Shown in pieces: positions 57,899-64,000 of a stretch of DNA of 64,000 nt; position 1 is the stretch's first letter, and each line of letters begins with the position of its first letter. The notes under the pieces were generated by a model. That model did no database searches. It saw only the letters and a list, made by a program, of their open reading frames with translations, and had not been told where the DNA came from. The position numbers and the translations under genes were made by a program. The stretch is from the human T2T-CHM13v2.0 reference genome, Homo sapiens: NCBI RefSeq assembly GCF_009914755.1, contig NC_060926.1, one strand, 5' to 3'.

Positions 57899-59295
57899 TT
57901 AAAAATGATTTATTTCAATAGTTTTTGGGGGTATAGGTGGTTTTTATTTACATGGATAAGTTCTTTAGTGGTGATGTCTGAGATTTTGGTGGACCTGTTA
58001 CTTGAGCAGTGCATACTGTGCCCAATATGTTGTCTTCTAGCCTTCACCTCCCCTTCTATCCTTCCTCCCCAGTCCCCAAAGTCCATTATATCATTCTTAC
58101 GCCTTTGCATCCTCATAGCTTAGCTCCCACTTACAGATGAAAACATATAGGTTTTCCATTCCTGAGTTACTTCATTTAGAATAATAGCCTCCAGCTTCAT
58201 CCATGTTGCTGCAAAGGTCATTATTTTGTTCTGTTCTGTTTTATGGCTGAGAAGTATTTCGTGGTGTATATACACCACATTTTCTTTATCCACCCGTTGC
58301 TTGATTGGCACTTATGGTGGTTCCATATTTTTGAAATGGAGAAATGTGCTGGACTAAACATGCATGTGCATGTTTCTTTTTCCTATACTAACTTTTTTTT
58401 TCTTTGGGTAGATAAGAAAAATAAGTACTGGAATTGCTGAACTGAATGGTATTTCTACTTTTAGTTCTTTAAGGAATCTCCATACTGTTTTTCATAGTGG
58501 TTGTATTAGTTTACATTCCCACCAGCTGTGTAAAAGTGTTCCCTCTTCACCACATCCATGCCAATATCTATTATTTTTTGACATTTTAATTATGGCCATT
58601 CTTGCATGAGTAAGGTGGTATTTCAAGGCTATGGTTACCAAAACAGCATGGTTCTAGTATAAAAATAGGCACATAGATCAATGGAACACAATAGAGAACA
58701 CAGAAATAAACCCAAATGCTTATAACCAACTGATCTTCAACAAAGCATACAATAACAAACAGTGGGGAAAGGACACCCTATTCAATAATTGGTACTGGAA
58801 AAACTGGCAAGCCACAGGTAGAAGAATAAAACTGGATCTTCATATCTCACCTTATACGAAAATCAGCTCAAGATGAATCAAAGGCTTAAATCTAAGAACT
58901 GAAACCATATAAATTCTAGAAGATAACATTGGAAAAACTCCTCTAGACCTTGGCTTAGTGAAAGAATTCATGACTAAGACCCCAAAAGGAAATGCCACAA
59001 AAACAAAAAATAAATAAATGGAACCTAACTAAGCTAAAAAGCTTCTACATAGCAAACAGACAACCCACAAAGTGGGAGAAAATATTCACAAACTGTGCAT
59101 CTGTTGAAGGAATAACCAGAATCTATGAGGAACTCAAACAAATCAGTAAGAAAAAAACAAATAATCCCACCAAAAAGTGGGCAAAGAATATGAACAGACA
59201 ATTCTCAAAAGAAGATATACAAACCGCCAACAAATACATAGAAAAATGCTCCACATCACTAATTATCAGGAAAATGCAAATTAAGACCATAATGA
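57899..59295 (-). mobile_element. L1 (L1PB-like) with 5' inversion
   Basis: antisense 3' end 57899-~58620, sense ORF2 piece ~58621-59295, 15-bp TSD CATACTTTC(A/G)TCTTT. Confidence 0.88.
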
Positions 59296-61908
59296 CATAC
59301 TTTCGTCTTTACCCATATTTACTTTCAAACTACATGGACAGTTGTTGAAGGTCACCTCTCCCTTTTCTTTCCATAAACTATCTTTTACAAGTTGGTAAAA
59401 ACTTTAGATTTCTCTTCAGAGCTACAGTTTCTCATTTATAGCAAAAGAGTTTAAAAGGGTAAAGATTAGGAAACAAGCAGGTGATGGCCTAGAGCTATAG
59501 TGACAGAAGATCCCATGGATTGAGGTTTCAGTTATTGTGGGTTCACGGGTGTGACAAATTAATTCTATTTCCAAAGCAGCCCCCTGAAGCATGATGTTTG
59601 TTAAGTCAGATTAACGTTAAGGTTCACTTTCACCAGTGCGGCATTCAACTGAGAATTCAGGAAATGCTGAATATTTGGGTTGCGATTTCTGAAAACTGGT
59701 CCACGGAAAATGTAACTATAGACATTTCTCTTGGGATTTTGAAAAGGAGACTTTTCCAAAAAGAACATTTACCTGGAATAAAAAACCAGAAGGATCCAGA
59801 GCCCTTTGTTGCCAGTCTAGGGAGCAGGACAAGATTCCAGGCCCAAGGAAGTTGAAATTAAGAATCCTCGATTCCCTAATAAGAATAACTTCACCAAAAG
59901 TTGAGTGTACCAAGGCACTAACATGTCAGAGAAAATAGTCTGGGAGCTCAGATGAGGTGGAAAACTCAATGGGCATTTTATGTTATATCTTGCCCTGACA
60001 TATGAAATACAGGGGGGCAACCCTCCACCCTGAGAGTAAATATTCTTTTCTGTGTATCAGAGGTATTGTTTATGTCCTCTTTCATCCACCTCCAAAATCC
60101 AAACTGCAGTTTGAATTTTCTTTTTTTAAAAAAAAAATTTCACCATTCTTGATTATAGGACCAGTATCCTGCTCCTAGAATTTTTTAATACCAAGAGCAA
60201 CTCAGCTTATTTGTTTTACTTTGTTTCCTGTGCACATTAAGTCACTCATTCAAAAATAATTTTTGGCATACAATGTAGTCATTGAGAAAACAGACATATC
60301 AGATTTGGTGATATTTTTGTGAGTGACTTTCACCGTATTTGGTCACAAAAAGTTATATCGGTTTTCAATACATTTTTTATCACATATATTTTACACCAAA
60401 GTGCAATGATCTACTACAAGAAATTGTATTTCTACATTATGGTATCAGGCAGACAGTCACCAGTTCTTTCACAGGGTAGTTTCAAGTTGCAGACCCTCAT
60501 GTAGAGAAACTCAAATTGTGTGCCATGATTGGTTAAACCCAAATGGCAAGAAAAGGTGAGGAAGAGGTAACATTTTGTGAGATACTTTTGTTTGAATGTC
60601 TGTGAGCTGTTTGTATGTGTTTAGAAACATGCTGTTTCCAACCCGTATTCCACTCATGCTATGACTATTCCCAAAGCTTCCCCATCAGGACTTTCCTCTT
60701 GCATCAAAACCCATGGAAAAAGGAATTACTCATAGTCATGTCTGGTCCTGATATTGGATGCTTGCCTGAGGTCACTCATCACACCCTCCCCCACCTTCCA
60801 GGGACAGACACCCTGACCCTCTCCATCAAGCCCCTCCCACTGTGAGGGCCTTTCTTCTGCCTACTGGACATCTTACATGAAAATCGAGTTTATCTAATTT
60901 CAAGATGATGCTTGTTACTCCTATATATGTGTTTCTTTCATGTCCAGTGGATCTTTTTCAACTATAAAAGTAGTTAATTGTCTTTAGCTGAGGGGAAGCC
61001 ATGATATCTTCTTCAATAAAAAATAAACATATTTTTGCATTTAATGGATTTTAACATAATATCGGAGTTTTCAGGAACAATTCAAAGCCATCATGTGAGG
61101 GTTAGGAGCATTTGAGTAAATAAGACAATTTTTGATCCCAAGTACTGATATTCAGTAGGGAAATGAGCCATTCAGAGAACAATACCTACACAGTGAAAGT
61201 GAAAAGAATCATTTCAATAGCTGATAAATTGTATAAAATTCAGGCAGTGGCATGTGGTATCTGGAGGCCGAGACCATTTATTTGTGCGGACCAGGGAAGG
61301 TCTCGGGGTCATACTGGAGATGCTTCTGAACGGTGAGGAGGCAGCCAAGTGACCATAGGAACAGCAAAGACCATAGGATCATCACGAGAAGGGCAGGGAC
61401 TGGGAGATTTCAGGTAAACCATTGTGCATTGAAAAAGCCAACCAGTACCATAATAATAAGATGTCTTCTGTGATTTTATTCCTTTAAGGAGAAAATTTAT
61501 ACTAATATCTTTCATCAAACACCTTGACCTGGGTCACACCCATAACATGAAATGTTCCCTGGCTCAGAAGCTGGAAGTTCAGTTTTGCATCCCTGTTGTA
61601 AGTCTGCAGGCTCCACAAAGCCCCTCCCTGCCACTCAAGCCCTTATCAGTGGGTTGGTTGCTGCCTTTAGGGTGGGATCACCTGAGGCAGAGGAAGCACT
61701 GGACCTGGGGCTCTGGCCCTTGGGTCCTGGCATCAGCTATGGGAGCTCCATGTGACAGGGTTCTTATGTCCCGTGCTGAGATACAGACCATCGCTCAGCA
61801 AGCCCAGCATTCATCTCCCGCTTGATCAGCCAACACGAGTCTCTGGGAGGCCTGTAGAGTGAGACATCATTAACACTGGGGAAGAGTTGTGTTTTGTTTC
61901 CACCTCAG

Positions 61909-62175
61909 ATTCCAGTGGCAACATTGTGGGCCCCAGATTCCAGCTTCTCCCTCAGTATCTCCAAGACAGAGAGAGAGTTTCCATCACCAGCCTAGAAGCA
62001 GATGAATCCAGGGAAGGTTTCAAAGATCCACCCATGTGCTTTGTCTACATTGGCCATGGTCCACCCCTGCTTGGCACGGTGGTCCTGGGGCAGACACTTC
62101 CTTAACTTTCAGCAGCTCGGGTACCCTGATGACATTGCTGATTATTATTGTCTGAAACTGTATCCTCTCACCTGG
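61909..62175 (+). pseudogene. Vkappa relic F (highly decayed)
   Basis: TTTCCACCTCAG acceptor + AT TCC AGT GGC AAC ATT GTG; GAGAGAGTTTCCATCACC; GCC TAG AAG CAG ATG AAT CCA GGG AAG (FR2-like); PDDIADYYCL; TTTTGCAT at 61583. Confidence 0.75.
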
Positions 62176-62204
62176 TAAACACTTGCAGTGCCCAGCCACA
62201 AATA

Positions 62205-62312
62205 ATGTGAATTAGAATTAAAAATTAAAAACATGTTTTCTCAGTTACACTAGCTACATTTCAAGTGTTCAGTAGCCACATATGACTAATGGCTACCCTA
62301 TTGTACAGCATA
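62205..62312. mobile_element. MER3/MER33-like DNA transposon fragment
   Basis: CACTAGCTACATTTCAAGTGTTCAGTAGCCACATATGACTAATGGCTAC. Confidence 0.6.
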
Positions 62313-63632
62313 AATGTAGACATTTTTATTGTCTTAGAAAATTATTTTGCTTAAAACCGCTCTAAATGTTGACAAGTGTTCCCTCATTGTGTTATAGCTC
62401 AGAGCATAAATCTCACCAGCCGTTAGTCTGGAAAACTGGGAGTCCTCAGAAGCTCTCCAGCTGGTGCAACCACTGTGGTCCTCAGATCTGCTCTGGAAGA
62501 GTTTCCAGAATAACGGGAATGAGCCTGGGCTGACAGATCCATAAAAGAGGACCTTGGATTTCCTCTCCAGCCCCTGCCATTATGCCCGGCAGGGTCTCTC
62601 ACACCCCTTTTTCTCTCTTCCAAAACTACATTTTCAGCATTTCACATGGATTTCAGAACCTAATTCCTAATCGTTTTGTGAGCAACATCTTTTCTGGATA
62701 TCCCTTGTCCTCAACTTTGGGACTGGTTTATCAAGGAGAGGTGTCATTCTGTGTTCCTTATAGGATCTGGCCTACTGATGGATGTAATAGGATCTGCTTC
62801 ATCATTACCCATGAAAAGACTCACCGTCAAGATTGACTGGGACTCAGCATCTAAAATCCTATAAGATGCTATGTCACCAACCAGCCATTAGATGGCAGAC
62901 AAACCCCACAGTAAACACCAGAAATAAGCCTGATCTTAGAAATACTAGGAAAATCAACAGGGATATTTTAGGGCTAAAATGAGGTCTCATTTATGACCTA
63001 GATTACATGGGAGGAGCTGCCAGTGCACTGAGTTGTGGGAAACTCCCTCTGTGCTCTGTGCTCTGAGACTGGAAGCCCAGCCTTTTCCTCCCCACCGCGT
63101 TGGCTGTATCCCCAAACCCTACCTGATGTGGGCTGAATCCAGGCAGAGGGGAGGCTGCCAATGGTCCCTGGAATGGTTTCTCCCTGTTACCACACAGCCA
63201 CTGGGCCATGTGTGCTACTCTGTCTCACAAAGGCCACCAGGGGAGGACCTGCCCACCCTGAGCTCTGGGGACAAAAGTCCCTCCAGTTGGGGTCTAGACC
63301 CACTGCCCATCTCCCCAGCACCTGCTGCTCTGTGATTCCCCAGACCCCCGTCAGGACAGTCAGTGTCCTTAGCAATGGGCAGGGAGGTACTGCTCAGCCC
63401 AGAATGGATGTAGGTTTGGTCCTGAGCTTCCTGACCCTCAGGCTGTGTAGTGATGAAGGGGCCATGGGGTGGTGCAACCATTGCTGGTTTTAAATGTTTG
63501 TGCTCAATTTATCAAAGTTTAAAAATCATATCTTACACTGACAATTAAAGTTATATCTATTAACATATAAGTGTGCATATTATACTTATTCCTAATATAG
63601 ATGCACAGTATATCCAAATGTATAAATATAAT

Positions 63633-63812
63633 TTATATCTAAAATATTATATGTATATTTAATATGTAAGGGTTACATTACAAATATATACCTATGCATG
63701 TAATTTTATGTTTGTTAATTACTTATATCTAAAATATTATATGTATATTTAATTTGTAAGGGTTACATTGCAAATATATACCTATGCACGTAATTTTAAG
63801 TTTGTTTATTTA
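63633..63812. repeat. tandem duplication, 2 x 90 bp
   Basis: TTATATCTAAAATATTATATGTATATTTAAT..GTAAGGGTTACATT..CCTATGCA..TAATTTTA repeated at 63633 and 63723 with few mismatches. Confidence 0.92.
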
Positions 63813-64000
63813 GCATGTGTTCTTTTTCTTTCTAACCAGAACAGAGCCTGGCTGAGTAAAGACTCTGGGGACATTTGCTGTTCCTCCTTCTTTGACTCCA
63901 GCAGGGCCCCAGCCATGCAGAATCAGTGAGGACAGAGCTGAGAGCAGCCAGCTCCAGGAGCTCAGGCCCAGCCCTAAGGGTCGTGTATCTGAGACTTTCA

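Noticed and set aside
62471-62477. Isolated CACTGTG (also at ~60838)
   Set aside because: No nonamer and no V-like upstream sequence.
63003-63493. Cluster of overlapping 60-110 aa ORFs
   Set aside because: GC-richer noncoding DNA; no recognisable domain or splice structure.

Overview
Human (hominoid) immunoglobulin kappa locus (IGK, chr2p11.2), most likely the distal duplicated copy. Seven named V genes lie on the + strand in the known order: IGKV1D-27 (pseudogene, +1 frameshift), IGKV2D-26 (open), IGKV3D-25 (pseudogene), IGKV2D-24 (ORF, Cys23->Phe), IGKV2D-23 (pseudogene), IGKV1D-22 (pseudogene) and IGKV6D-21 (open). Each follows the leader exon / intron / V exon / 12-bp-spacer RSS plan, with an octamer promoter except IGKV3D-25. 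Between them I read at least six further, heavily decayed V relics outside the standard gene numbering. Two of them share an unusual 'THWD' CDR3 and appear to belong to an extinct V family. The rest is Alu, L1, LTR and DNA-transposon sequence plus paralogous duplication blocks. I found no evidence of a wholly new biological system. The best second-look items are the relic V families, an L1 3' transduction, a twin-primed L1, a compensated frameshift in IGKV2D-26, an unexplained 203-bp insert in IGKV2D-23, a CpG-rich divergent patch at 12-13 kb, candidate CTCF sites and an upstream ORF overlapping the IGKV6D-21 leader. Gene, allele and repeat-subfamily names come from recall of the families, not from database searches, and repeat boundaries without a TSD are approximate.
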